64,000 nt of DNA from Lingula anatina (Eukaryota; Animalia; Brachiopoda): contig CM120641.1 of assembly GCA_051362555.1 (NCBI GenBank), positions 21,824,001 to 21,888,000 on the forward strand. Reading direction: 5' to 3'. Shown here piece after piece: positions 52,237-64,000 of this stretch. The translations under genes were made by a program, and so were the position numbers. Numbering within the stretch: the stretch's first letter is position 1; each line of letters starts with the position of its first letter. The notes under the pieces were generated by a model. The model worked only from the letters and a program-made list of their open reading frames with translations, did not search any database and had not been told where the DNA came from.

Positions 52237-52705
52237 GTAATTAATGAAACTAGAAATGCAGCAGTATTGATTCCATGCATTCAGACCATCATGATCAGAC
52301 TGCCATAAGAAAATTGGATTGTAGTGTGAAGTAATAAACAAAGGCTCACTGCCATTACTGATTTATTTAAACTATAAGTTGCTATGACAATAACCCAATA
52401 TAACATATTAGTAAAACAATTTTGATGTATGGTATTCGATGTTTCTCACCTATTTCAATACAAACGTGATCTCGTGCAACATGATCTTCATAATCCTTGT
52501 CACTCACACCTTCAACTGGAAGTGAAGGACACACATTATTCATTCCATATCTACACACGAATGACCCTCCTTCTTTGCTACAGTGGTACTCTCGCAAATG
52601 TCTGCAAAACTCCCTCGGAGATTTGAACGTCAAATCATTTTTCACACACAAGGCACATCTTTTCCACGCTACAGTGGCCACGCGCCTTAACTCGTCTGTC
52701 GCCAT
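34856..52705 (-). CDS. VPS54: Vacuolar protein sorting-associated protein 54 (GARP complex subunit), 25 exons, ~1005 aa
   Basis: GT-AG exons: 52705-52450, 51364-51069, 50069-49958, 49715-49681, 49488-49357, 49110-48968, 48849-48750, 48574-48432, 47760-47637, 47243-47208, 45268-45161, 45025-44870, 44100-43913, 43629-43494, 43264-43133, 42787-42738, 42226-42144, 41825-41793, 41531-41368, 40841-40754, 40351-40230, 39567-39487, 38939-38832, 38698-38604, 34952-34856 (3018 nt). Motifs NLPAALNDPRLVKRESDFFTKTWG, LLQEKMSHYLDIVEVQIAKQIS, HQTQPTIQMLL, FNSRTCQLVLGAGALQLVGLKTITTKNLALASRCLQL, WEVKAPMPS. Confidence 0.95.
35177..38402 (-). mobile_element. Non-autonomous Helentron/HINE-like element with central satellite array, in the last intron of VPS54
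   Basis: Asymmetric 14-bp sub-terminal inverted repeats ATTGTACCACCAGC (35211-35224) / GCTGGTGGTACAAT (38388-38401); hairpin TGTACCGCCAGCG-CTAA-CGCTGGTGGTACA (38370-38399) beside a GC-rich microsatellite (38300-38358); second hairpin GAGGCG-ATAC-CGCCTC (35190-35205) ~10 nt from a CTAG terminus (35177-35180). This is the layout described for HINE/DINE-1-type elements. Confidence 0.82.
35385..37400. repeat. 145-146-bp satellite-like tandem array (7+5 monomers) split by a duplicated ~285-bp unique block
   Basis: TAGGTCAAAGGT marker at 35391, 35535, 35680, 35826, 35971, 36117, 36263, 36708, 36854, 37000, 37145, 37291; block ~36371-36654 repeated 1028 bp later at ~37399-37682. Confidence 0.95.
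44421..44635. mobile_element. Tourist/Harbinger-like MITE family X, copy A
   Basis: Shares the body (TAGATCGATCTATCCC...GGCTTAAATGTCTGTCC...GGGGTAATTAACT) with copies B-D; right end CTGGGAATGGGGTC; flanks TAA/TAT (decayed TSD). Confidence 0.8.
48046..48505 (-). repeat. 74-bp tandem amplification of the VPS54 exon 8 3' end plus splice donor
   Basis: AAGGCACCTAC at 48495, 48421 and 48347 (period 74); a third, more decayed copy at ~48055-48130 beyond the MITE, and a partial fourth. Confidence 0.88.
48131..48345. mobile_element. MITE family X, copy B
   Basis: TIR GACCCCATTCCCACA / TGTGGAAATGCAGTC, TSD TAA (48128-48130, 48346-48348). Confidence 0.85.
52186..52235. repeat. (AAT)n microsatellite
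   Basis: Seen directly; explains the spurious poly-Ile and poly-Tyr ORFs. Confidence 0.9.
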
Positions 52706-53123
52706 TTGTCCAGTAAACTGTGTCAGTAGTTGTGTGAATCTTCAAATGTCTGACATAATTTGCAGTAATTCTGAAACCCAAATAAAATCCATCCAGCTCA
52801 TCTGTCTGTCGCCATGTTCATTTTGATATTACCGGGTGAAGGCCGTACATTTATTGTCACGGAGAACTGGAAACAAGAAGAAACTTTTACGTCTTTTAAA
52901 AATGTTAATCTTCAAAAAATATATATATGAAAGATGGAAAAGTTGGTTTATTAAACAATATAATAAAAATACATGATACTTTTAAATAAATTACGTCAGA
53001 TATGGGTGTTCTGAAAACACATATTTTATTCCCTGTCACTGATTCCCTGTGAAAATTTGACACGGAAGTGGTATATGACACGCGCAGTTGCATACATCCG
53101 GGCTTTAGAGAGATCAATCCAAC
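52706..53123. promoter_or_regulatory. Putative bidirectional promoter VPS54 / WDR20
   Basis: 418 bp between divergent ATGs; ETS/GABP-type CGGAAGTG at 53063-53070, TACGTCA at ~52992, local CpG enrichment. Confidence 0.68.
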
Positions 53124-56100
53124 ATGGCTGCCCAGAGCGAGGGTGGGGGCAGAGACGAAGTGAAAACACAGTTTGTCACGAGAGAAGGGACCTACAAGTT
53201 AATGCCCTTATCTGAATACTCTCGTCCAAATAGAGTGGCATACAATGGTCAAGTAAATACACCTGTCAAGACGTCATTTATTAATCTAAATGACCAATCA
53301 GGAATCGGAGACAAGATCTGTTTCAATCACGGGAGAGAACTGTATGTTTACACGTATAAAGGGATACGGAAGGTGAGCTGTAGGGGAACTGACGAAGCTT
53401 TAAATAACACTGAAAACACGTGGGGTATAGCGTATTGTTATAGGCTATTTTTAAATTGAATACCAGTTTCATAATGTAATAATAAGACTATTTGCCCACC
53501 TCCTACAGTACAACAAACATTTGGATAGATGGATCATGCTAGTCTGCTAGCTATAGTTTAGATAACAGCCTCCTTTTTATATTTTCTTGCTGAAGTGTGA
53601 TTGTCAAGATTGAAGGTACTTTCAAATTGAGCATAGATACCATGTAAAAGGTATAATCGCTTCTGCTAGTTTCTTACACAATTCAAATAAAGTCCACATT
53701 CCAAAGAATAAACCAAATCATTCAATCTGTCAACCAAATAAAAAGCTTAAAAACTGCGCCTTCTTCAAATTTCTTTTCATAATCTAGTCTTACTAACTTA
53801 TCCATCCCTTCAGTTTGTTAAAGTCTGCCAAATAACATTGAAACATATGTTGCATAACTACAGTAGCATAATTAGTCAAATGAGAGCTTGTGAAAATGAC
53901 TGAGGGTTATTTATAGCACTGAAATTAAGTAGAAAATACATGTTTAAATACAGTTTTCTGGCAGTTATAATGCAAAACCCTGTGTTTGTTGTCTAAGTTG
54001 TACCATTTTCTGGCTATATGGTAGCATTTGTCAGCTTAGTGGCAATAATTTAACATGCCTACCAGCTTTGTATGCATCTTTAAGTGAGAACTATTTTCAA
54101 TTTTTGCCTCCATTTTGATGTAGAACCTCTCAACTTTCCCTAGGCATTCATAATTCATTTTTGTTTTTGCACTCTGCTAAAAGCCCAAATGGTTTTGCCA
54201 CTGAATAAAATATTTTTATTTCTTTATCATTCTATCCATTGTTATTGTACAGCCTGATTATTTGGCTCTTCCTGTACCAAATACTTGCATCCATCATTGT
54301 CACCATTGACAATACAGCATATATATATAGTGCTCATCTTATCTTTATGGTTTCAGTTGTGACCCAGGCACACTGTTGATATTTTTAAAGAAGCATGAAA
54401 ATGAATTAGAAAATGATATGTGAAATGCTGATTTAGATGTAGGTGTTCTACCCACCAAAACATATATAATGAATGAAAAAAAAAACTAGATTCTTCTTTT
54501 AAATTAAGTTAGATATAAGTTAAAATTATGTGAGAGCTACTGAATGGGTAGTTACAGTAGTGTTATTGCCATATTTGAAAATGACAGGGTAGTTGAGGGT
54601 TTCATTAAGTATATAATTTGTTATCTACCTTATAACTGGTATACTGGTAGATGGTGCAGATATCAACTCCCTATCAGATTTGATTAAGCTTCCTACATCT
54701 CTCTCTGTAGCAGCATTAACATTTCCCAATTAAGCCAAATGCTGAAACTGACTAAAAATGGCTAAACAAAATGGTTTTGATTTGACTTGTTTTAGTCAAA
54801 TTTAAGCCATTTGGAGAAAAAGAGATGAAAAAGCAATGAACTGGCTAAGCAAAAAAAAAAAAAAAAAAAAATGCTAGTGCTACCCCCGTCTCTTCAGGTC
54901 TTTTTATTTAATTATTGCTTTTTATATGAAAAATACAGATTAATTTTTGGGATATGAATTTTTCAAAATGTACTGTGCCAGGATCACTGAAAGAAACAAT
55001 TAAAGTTTATGGCTTCTAACACATACTTAATGAATGTCAGAAGATTTTCAAGCATTATTATTATTTTTTATTATTTATTTATTTATTTGTTATGGAAAAG
55101 CGCTGGTTCACTTTTTTTAGAGCCATGTTAGAATTATTGTTCAAACTTTTTTATTTAACAATTTTAAGGCAGGCTTGGTTTAAAGGTATTAAAAGAGTAT
55201 TTAGAGATTGATAACATATGCTTTTCTTTAATTTCCTACTCGTTGCCTTAGAAAGATTTTCTGTATTTGTAGTTTACTTCTTGGGTCCTGGGATGCAAGT
55301 TTCTGAATGTTAAAAAAAGTACAGGTTTACATGTTATTATTCAGGTTAATTTAAAAGATAACATAATTGTTACAGGAGGTTGCCACAGGATTCATTTCTA
55401 AGTGATAGAGTAATTTTTTATCTGTGGGACACTTCAATTCTTATACACAAAACTTAATAATTGAAGTGTTTTACTTTCAATCCTCTATAGTTCTATCCTT
55501 TTCTTTCACAGTCTATATGCAATTACGACTATCAAGGCACACAAGACATGGTAAGTGGTGTCTGACTGTTGTCATGCAGTTTTCTGAACTATTATGTAAC
55601 AGATGATATTTTGAGCAGATGTGTGTATCATAAAATTTCAAATTAATGTGTTAATATTTAGTGCTTGCTTTCCTTGATGTTGTTGTAACATGGTATTATA
55701 AGTGTCGTTTTTTCCTGAAAGCTTAAACATTGCAGAGAGAGGAGCTGTTACATATGTAGTGAAGGAAATCTGTATGCTTTGAAAGTTTCAGTCAGAGCCA
55801 CTTATTTTCATGCTGAACACTAGATAGGTTTGAACCTTTGATGTTATTGTCCTGTGAATTAGAAAGTTATTAACTGTCATGCAGCTCATTTCTGGATAAC
55901 TGATCTTAGGTGCCTATGAGAGAGTTTTCCGTGTTGAAGTTTTATAACATAACTGGGAATCCCTTTAGCACAGACACTATTACAGTTTGATGTGATATTT
56001 ACATTTACACAGGTGTTCTTCTGAAAAAAAATGGTTTCATAATAACTTGGTGGACCTTTTTTTTATCTGTATACCATTGTCTAATCCACTTAAAATTCTT

Positions 56101-59100
56101 AACACAGCTATCTCTTTTTTAGGCTGCTGATCTAACAAAGCCTATCGACAAGAGGGTATACAAAGGGACATTCCCAACTTGCCATGACTTCAACATGTTC
56201 ACTGCATCTGGAGAGGGTGTCCTGCTGCTAGTGGGCTTTACCATGGGCCAAGTGCAACTCATTGATCCCATCAGAAAAGATGGGGCCAAGCTATATAATG
56301 AAGAGGTAAGATGGCACTTAGTGGAAAATCATTTAATACTTTCTGGGAATTGTGCAGTTGTACCATCGTACCATTACAAAAGTTATCTAATGTAGCATGT
56401 TGATTTGCTTTTATTATGTAGGGGATTTGGCAGAGTACACAAATTAATATTTTAGCTCATGGATGGCATTGAGTTTGTCAAGTTTGAAAACTGGGAAGAA
56501 ATAAACCTTTTTTCTCAGGACATGCATGGGGGAGGGGGGTAATTTTCAGCATAGTAGTCCAAGGTACCAGTTTGTTGATGCACATATTTGGTGTATATAT
56601 AGTAAACTAAATTATATTATATTATATTATCTCATAATAAGCATATAGATATTATGAGTTTAATTGGTTATCAGTACACCCTCCCTCAAATTGTGGTCGA
56701 TCAAAAGCTGTTTAAGCTGATCTGAATTATTACTGGTCATTCTATCTGTCCCTGTTTTTAACCCCATGTGAAAATAAATTAAGATTTAAGTTTGTGGTCT
56801 CAAATTGACCCAAGTTTCCAAATGATTGACTGTGTAAATTTGTGATGTTTAAAGCATGTCAACAGGATTAGTTGTTAGAATACTGGGGTGTTAGATCACA
56901 CACACTGATGCTCATAATGGCAAAAGAGAGCTCAAACATGATCTGTTCCATTAGCAGAAATATGTGAAAATAAATATTTTTAAAAAAGTCAGAATAAAAG
57001 GATGAAAAAGATATAAAAAAAATTGACAAAGTTTATTATTGTTACCCATCAACAATTCACCAATACTGTTACAACTCCTTAATGGTTATTTAACATGAGA
57101 AAGCATTTAACTTACTTCTTTTACATAAAAAAATGGATTATTTACCTCTGTGTTATTGTGTTATGAATTTGTTGTACAAAAAGACATATTCCTTTCAAAA
57201 ATCAGCATGTATCTTGATTTTTACCCCACAAGTAACCAACTAAAGTTCTGTTTTACATCAAATTAGCTGATTTGTTTTGTGTGGTAAAAAAGCAGTTTCC
57301 TTTCATATAACTTACATGTATTTATGTGTTCCTCTATAATTGCCAAAGGTATTTTTGTTGCAGTGTTTTTGTTTTTGATGTCATTATATTAGCAGCTGTA
57401 TAGTTTTTTTTATTTTCATTTTATATATATATATATATATAAAATGTAATATAATATATATATATACTTAAGGGTAAAAAATTGTAAGCATGTTACAAAG
57501 AGGTATTTGAGTCCAACTTATGTAATGGAAGTCTAAATAGAACCTCACATTTTACACCTCTGGTGGTTTCATTGTATGTGGTTGGTTATTCTTAAAATCT
57601 AGGTCATGGACAAAACCTTCCTCCCTGTCACTCTTTATAACAATCAAGCCTCTGCTTGGTCACAGAAAATACTGTCACACTACCATAGCTCGCTGGAATT
57701 CACCACTTTCAGAATAATGGAGCAATAAATCTGGCTAATTGTTATGTTAAAAATGTGGGAATCTACTAAAAATTTTAAGCCAATTTTAATACCTAAGGTG
57801 TCAAAACTTGTTTGTCCAAATATATAAACCTATATTTCCAAAGACGGCAGGATGGTTTACAGAAATTACAGAATGATATTTTGGGCTCCCTGTACCCCAA
57901 ATCCTGGAGAAACCCCCGGCTGTGATGGATACTTTTAATCAAAAGCAACACATAAATGCTTGGGTTTTCACTTGCCACAGTTGAAGCGAGAGAAAATGCC
58001 AATACTTTAAAAGAGGACTTTCCCCAGGACTGTGGTTCAGCTTTTTCAAATGGTTACGGTTTAGTGTCCAACTTAGCAACTGAATACAGCATTAAATAGC
58101 TTCAAAGACTTTACCTCATTTAGTTGTCGTCTTTATAACAATCAAGCCTCAGCTTGGTCACAGAAAATACTCTGTGGAATGGCCCTCATATGAAATAATG
58201 GGATGATTCTGTTAAATGTCAGGATCATAAATGCTTGTAAAATTTAAATCTAGATGGTGCAAATGCATCAAGTAAATGTTTAGGTGATTGCTTTTCACAT
58301 CAAACCAGATGGTGCAAAGTGGGTTTATGCCTTTATTGTTTCTTATGACCATATTTTTTCCTGCAAGTCTGTGTTGGTAGTTTGGAGTACTCTGCTTATC
58401 ATCTTGCCAAGAATGGGAAACATAACTGAGCATGTAGTTATCAAAGGAAAAAAAAACTATTTGGAAAATAATACAGCTTCCATACTTATTGCCACCAGTC
58501 TTTAAAAAAAAAAAAAAACTTTTTTTTCTGTAAATCCAAAAAAAAAAAAAAAAAAGGAAAAAAAATCATTTTTGCTGTTTATCTGCTGGACTTGTTTGGT
58601 TGTTATTTAACTATGCAAGTGTACTTCAGCTTTGTCTGGCAGAATGAGAAAGATCAAGATGTTGGTGAGCATACATGGACTAAAGAGCTGCCTAGTTGCA
58701 TTCAGTGTCTGTGTTGTTTCATTGCTCTTATTGACTTAGTTGTTATGCAGAGTCATGCTACTCAAACACTTTTGTCTCATCACATGGGAGAAATCTTCAT
58801 AAAAAGGGATGCGTTGTCAGTAGAAGAAATTCATCTGTTGAAAAGTCACACAGGCAGCCAGCACAGTTGCATTCATCATGCATTTAAAAGTCCTAAAGGG
58901 CCACCACTATCTGCCTAGTTGAATAATGCCACTCCATGGGACATGATAAATTATGGACTCCGTAGCATAAAGTTTTGTCACTGGTTAGATAGATTGTACA
59001 ATGGCGGATTTCAAGGACAGCTTTTATGCCCAAAGGAATAGGCCAAAGAGGTGACATTTGCAATAAATCTCTTGTCATTATTATCATGCAAAGTTATATT

Positions 59101-62100
59101 ATGATTTTACTTAAACTGTCTTCATTTTTTTACAGTTATGTTGTGATGGAAACGTCAGACACCAGTGCTTGTGGGAAGTTTGAGAATTGACTTGTGTTTC
59201 ATCAGAGCTTTGTTTCAGTTTACATGAATTGATATTCACATTTTTTGACAATAATGATAAGCTCAGTCAAAGAATAATGAAAAATATGGAGCCAATTTTT
59301 AGAACTGAATATTTAACAAGTCTAAAATAAAATAGCAGACTGTTCTTTGATTTACTTGGAAATCAGAGGCTGAGAAGATTGAGAACTTTATGGAAATAAT
59401 TATAGCCAGTATAATGCTGTAATAACCAAGTGAACCCAACCAGCATTCAACATTTTGATAGCCAAGTAGCGTAAGTGTGTTATATCATATTTGCCCCTAT
59501 ATACAATGTACACGTATCCTATCCTAGATTTCAAATTTTCCTCAAAAATAAACAGTTTTCTCCTACTCGTGATCAGTTGTTATAACCATTACTACACATG
59601 GATTCGATGTTTTACACCATTTGTTTACATAAGTTGGTTCTAAATGACTGGCTTGTCATTTAGACTCCATTCCCGTACCTAGATCGATCTAACAGGATTG
59701 ATTCATCTTCATTTGGTTTCTTGCTAAATTGTTTTCAGTTTAAGCGGCATGCTGACTGAAGGTGTAAAGTGGTAATTGACTATGGTTAAGCAGCTTCAGT
59801 AGGCATGCCAGACATCTAAGCAGCTACAACTAAAAGCGAGAAACCCCTTGGAGATGGATCGATCCTGTATGATCGATCGAAGTTTGGAAATGGGGTCTTA
59901 GATTATGTCATCCTGTACATTTCAAAAGAACTATGGTCATCAGATAGTTGTGTTTGATGGGTTTTATAATTTTTAAGGTCTGGATTAGAAAAGTTAAATA
60001 TGTTTGCATGAAATTGAACATGTGTATAGGACATGTAGACATAAGGGATATGATGTTGGACAAATGCAGATAGTATACCTTAGAGATCATTCCCACAGAT
60101 ATTTAGATCGATTTATCCCACTAGATTGCTGTCAGCTTAACCGGCTTAAATATCTGTCCCGCCTACTCAAAGCTGTAGGGGGTAATTAACTTTTGTGCAC
60201 ACTTGGCTCTCTGAAGCTGACAATTTAGCGTGAACCCCCAGGGGGTTAGGTTGAACCAGATGGATCAATCTAAATCAGTGGGAACCCAGTCTTAAACTAT
60301 TTATCAGTAGGGCCAATAAGTTTTTGTCCAATAAGAACATTTCATTCTTATTTCTCAATCAACTCATGCAATTAAAAAAAGTCACAGATAGCATTTTGCG
60401 GGCAGGTATTAAAAATAAACTCCAAGCTGCTGCATTATAGGAAGGCAATCATAGGCAGGAAATATATATCCCATTGGGTTCCTTGTTCCCATGCTCAGGT
60501 CATTGTCAGAATCAATACACACTGAATGGGGACAAGTGTGAATAGTATACACAGTTGGGTAGATGGCATATTTACTTTGATTATTCTGCACATAGTCTTC
60601 TGTACATATTGAATAATGTGAGAGTTGTTTTGACAAGAGCATATTTTTGTCATTATTTCACAGCAGAGTGGTGTTACTACAGACATGGGCGCTAGGTGTA
60701 CATGTATGGCTTCTTTCCATTCCCTTCTGCTCAGCTTCACAGATAATTTGATCAGTGGTATTGTATACAAAAAAAGAGTATAATACAACTGGAAATTATG
60801 CAGACATTTTTATCAAATTGCACTGTTGAACTAAGCCACTAACAAATGTGGGTAATAATGTATCCAGACATATATGAAGCACAGGTATATTATTTATGTG
60901 TTTGTTGAATCATGCAAGAAGATTTATTGTTTTTTGTTTTATTGCATGTTTGTATTGCTAAGTATCATTAAGATGCAGATTTGTGTAGGACACAGGAATT
61001 TTGATAATTATACTTTTATATTTAATAAATATTATTTTGGGCATGTAAACAAGGACAAAAGAAAAGCAGTGTGCAAATGAGGTATATTTTGGAATATTGG
61101 ACAAACTTGATTCAAAGTCAGTCCTGCCTCTGTATTTAGAGCAAGCTAGTTGAGAAGAATTTTATAACTTTTGTATACCTTATGGTTATTGAAATAATCG
61201 TGTGTGCCAGATGAATTGCTTATACCATATTATAAATGTTAATCACGTCATTAATTGGTGTTATAAATCAATTTTCAGAGGCTGGTGGACAAATCCAAAG
61301 TGACATGTATCAAGTGGATTCCAGGTTCTCCCAATCAGTTCCTCGTTGCTCACCAAAGCGGACAGATGTATGTGTACAAAGATGAACTCCCCTGTGGTAC
61401 TACCACCCCCCACTACCAGGTATTCAAGCCAGGGGACGGGTTCAGTGTACACACATGTAAAACCAAAAGTACTCGTAACCCACTGTACAGGTGGATCGTG
61501 GGCGAAGGTGCAATAAATGCATTTGCTTTCTCTCCATGTGCTAAATACCTGGCCGTTGTGGGCCAGGACGGCTATTTACGGGTGTTCAACTACGACTCTA
61601 TGGAGCTCGTAGGAACAATGAAAAGTTACTTTGGAGGCCTTCTCTGCGTGTGCTGGTCACCTGATGGGAAGTACATAGTAACGGGAGGTGAGGATGACCT
61701 GGTTACAGTGTGGTCATTCATTGACCACCGGGTGGTGTGTCGTGGAAGGGGGCACAAATCTTGGGTTAATGATGTGGCGTTTGATCCCCACACCAGCAGT
61801 ACAGAACATGACAGTTTTGACTTCAGTGGCAGTGATGAAGACTTTATGCAGCATGTTGCTAAGAGCAATCACAGCATATTACGAGAAACATTACGTGATT
61901 CCTTAAGGTCATCTGCTTCCAAAGGATCAAACAGAAATTCTACAGACAGTCGTTCAATACAGAACAACCTGATATCTTACAGGTTTGGATCTGTAGGACA
62001 AGACACTTATCTGTGTTTATGGGACCTAACTGAGGACATTTTAAGACAGCCAATAGGCAGAAATCGTTCGGGGACGCACATGTCCCAGAATGCTTCGAGC

Positions 62101-62565
62101 AATGCAATCAATCCACATGCAAATAAGGCCAACAGTGTGGGGTCTGCATACCTGACTACTAACTCCTTACCCAATACACCACTAATGGACGGGAACATAC
62201 ACCCATCAGCAACAACAAATCTAACACAAAAGTTTGCGACATTAACTCTGGGTGATAGGAAAGATAAAGAAACACATCATGATAAGAAGGAACATAAAAG
62301 GAATTTTAGCTTGGCAGGGCGGAGTGTAGATAAAGTTGGGCTTCTCAAAGCTAATCATGTCCGCCCTGTGGACGAGTCTGTGAAACTGCTGGGGACACCT
62401 GCATGTCCAAGACTGGATGAGGTGCCACTATTGGAGCCACTAGTGTGTAAAAAAGTTGCTCATGAAAGATTGACTTCAGTGGGATTCCGAGAGGAATGCC
62501 TTGTGACTGCATGTCAGGAAGGTTGTGTGTATACCTGGGCACGGCCAGGCAAAGTGGTAAGATAG
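53124..62565 (+). CDS. WDR20: WD repeat-containing protein 20 (WDR20/DMWD family, USP12/USP46 activator), ~572 aa
   Basis: Exons 53124-53372, 56123-56305, 61279-62565 (or spliced out at GTG|GTAAGA, 62556). Motifs KTQFVTREGTYKL, AADLTKPIDKRVYKGTFPTCHDFN, KTKSTRNPL, MKSYFGGLLCVCWSPDGKYIVTGGEDDLVTVWS, YRFGSVGQDT, PLLEPLVCKKVAHERLT. Confidence 0.95.
59663..59897. mobile_element. MITE family X, copy C (inverted, more diverged)
   Basis: TIR GACTCCATTCCC / GGAAATGGGGTC, TSD TTA (59660-59662, 59898-59900); body is the reverse complement of copies A, B and D. Confidence 0.78.
60083..60291. mobile_element. MITE family X, copy D
   Basis: Same body as A and B, decayed TIRs, TSD TTA (60080-60082, 60292-60294). 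Confidence 0.8.
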
Positions 62566-64000
62566 GTCATGGTACCATCTGTATAACACACATTTCTCTA
62601 ATCCACCACCTTACAAATGCACTTCATATACATTAAAACTGTGACTCTGATGCATATCAGAATACTTCTAAATCATAACTGCTATGGTGACAGAGGGGGT
62701 TGAAATTGCAGATATTTGCAGAAAGGAAGTCTTCCTCTTTTCACTTTTCCTCTGTCCTCCCTTACCCAGTCACCATCAGTTAAAGCATTGAATAGTTGTC
62801 ACACAAAAAGAAAACTGAAATACATTAATACATCATTTTATTACTTATGCCCTCTATTTTCTGCATGGACAATGAACACCAGATCAGAACATGGATATCA
62901 AATTTTGATAATTATAGCTAATTATAGATCCTGAAAAAATGTACAGTTTGAAGAATTTGGAACCCATTTTCCATGCTTGACAGTCTGGTGTACTCTATCT
63001 CCTTCCACCCTCTCTCTCTCTCTCTCTCTCATTTTTTATCTCTCTTTTAACAAAGATGTAGCAGGATCTTAGAATCCTTCAGATTATAGCTTTATTTCTC
63101 TAAACTCACCAGTTGCAAATGGTAGCTGGAATGCAAATGTTTATTAACATGGCTGTTGGGATTGCGTAGTACAAAGGGGTAATCTTTTCTTTGATATTAC
63201 TAACTTGGACTGAGAATAATTTCTGTTGTTTATAGTGAGTAATAAAAATGGAAATTGTGTGTTGAGGGTGGGTGTGTTTGGGGGAAAAGGGTGCTCCAAG
63301 ATGGACTACTTTTAGATGATGTGATTTAGCCCAACTCCCCTAAAATAAATAAATAAATAAATAGATAAATAGCAAAAAAAGAAAATGTGAGAGTGTCAAC
63401 TTTCATGATTTCCTTGTATGTATGTTTGCGTATAGTAAGCTTTGTAAAAGTGTAATCAGGACAAGTACTCTTGTTTTGTTGATTTGAAAAGATGCCATAG
63501 GTAGAATTTTGCAACAGGAAATATTTTTGTGGGAACCCATTTGATAACAGTGTTATTTGAATGGTTTGAATTCTCAGGTTTCAAAACTAATTTTCATCCT
63601 ATCCTGGAATTAAGTGTTTCTGTTGTTTTTCCAAGATATTGGTTTTGTGTTGTTGGTCTTCAGTAATTACATGTTATCATTCAGTTCTGTTTGATTACCT
63701 GGTACAGTGTATGGCATTCAGTAGACAAGTTATGATACTAGTTAACAAGAGAATAGTAAACATATTACAGTGGCAATAAAAATAGGAAAATTTAAGATGA
63801 TCCTATTTGAGGGAGTATTCATAAAATATTCTGAGAGGAATGGATTTCATCAGAGGACCAAAAGTCTGAATTTTAATTTTTATCACATAACTAAATAAAG
63901 TGAAATACATCTATGCTGGCTCTCATGTGAGGTTTCCACCACCACCATGTGTGAACACTCTGATGCTGGTCCCATCTCTGCAGCATGCTGTAAACAGTTT

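Overview
AT-rich, intron-rich animal genomic DNA, probably lophotrochozoan (inferred from the repeat types, not proven). Four spliced housekeeping genes were reconstructed by hand: TMEM260 (-, 19 coding exons, ~736 aa), UGP2 (+, two alternative first exons, one U12-type intron, ~509/524 aa), VPS54 (-, 25 exons, ~1005 aa, extra N-terminal Zn-finger-like region) and WDR20 (+, 3 exons, ~572 aa, possibly one more exon beyond the window). They form two head-to-head pairs joined tail-to-tail. There is one tRNA-Ser(GCT). Introns and spacers hold only non-autonomous DNA elements: two inverted copies of a 1.1-kb TAA-duplicating element, four copies of a ~210-235-bp MITE, hairpin MITEs, a 3.2-kb Helentron/HINE-like element carrying a 145-146-bp satellite, and a 3.5-kb element bounded by (CA)n tracts. 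No transposase, CRISPR array or unexplained long ORF was seen, and I cannot claim a new biological system. The best leads are a transposon copy whose swapped internal cassette resembles the DNA next to its insertion site, a transposon inserted inside a splice donor that it regenerates, a satellite built of nuclear-receptor response elements, a tandemly amplified exon end plus donor in VPS54, and apparent ancient microsynteny. All coordinates were read by eye and may be off by a few bases.
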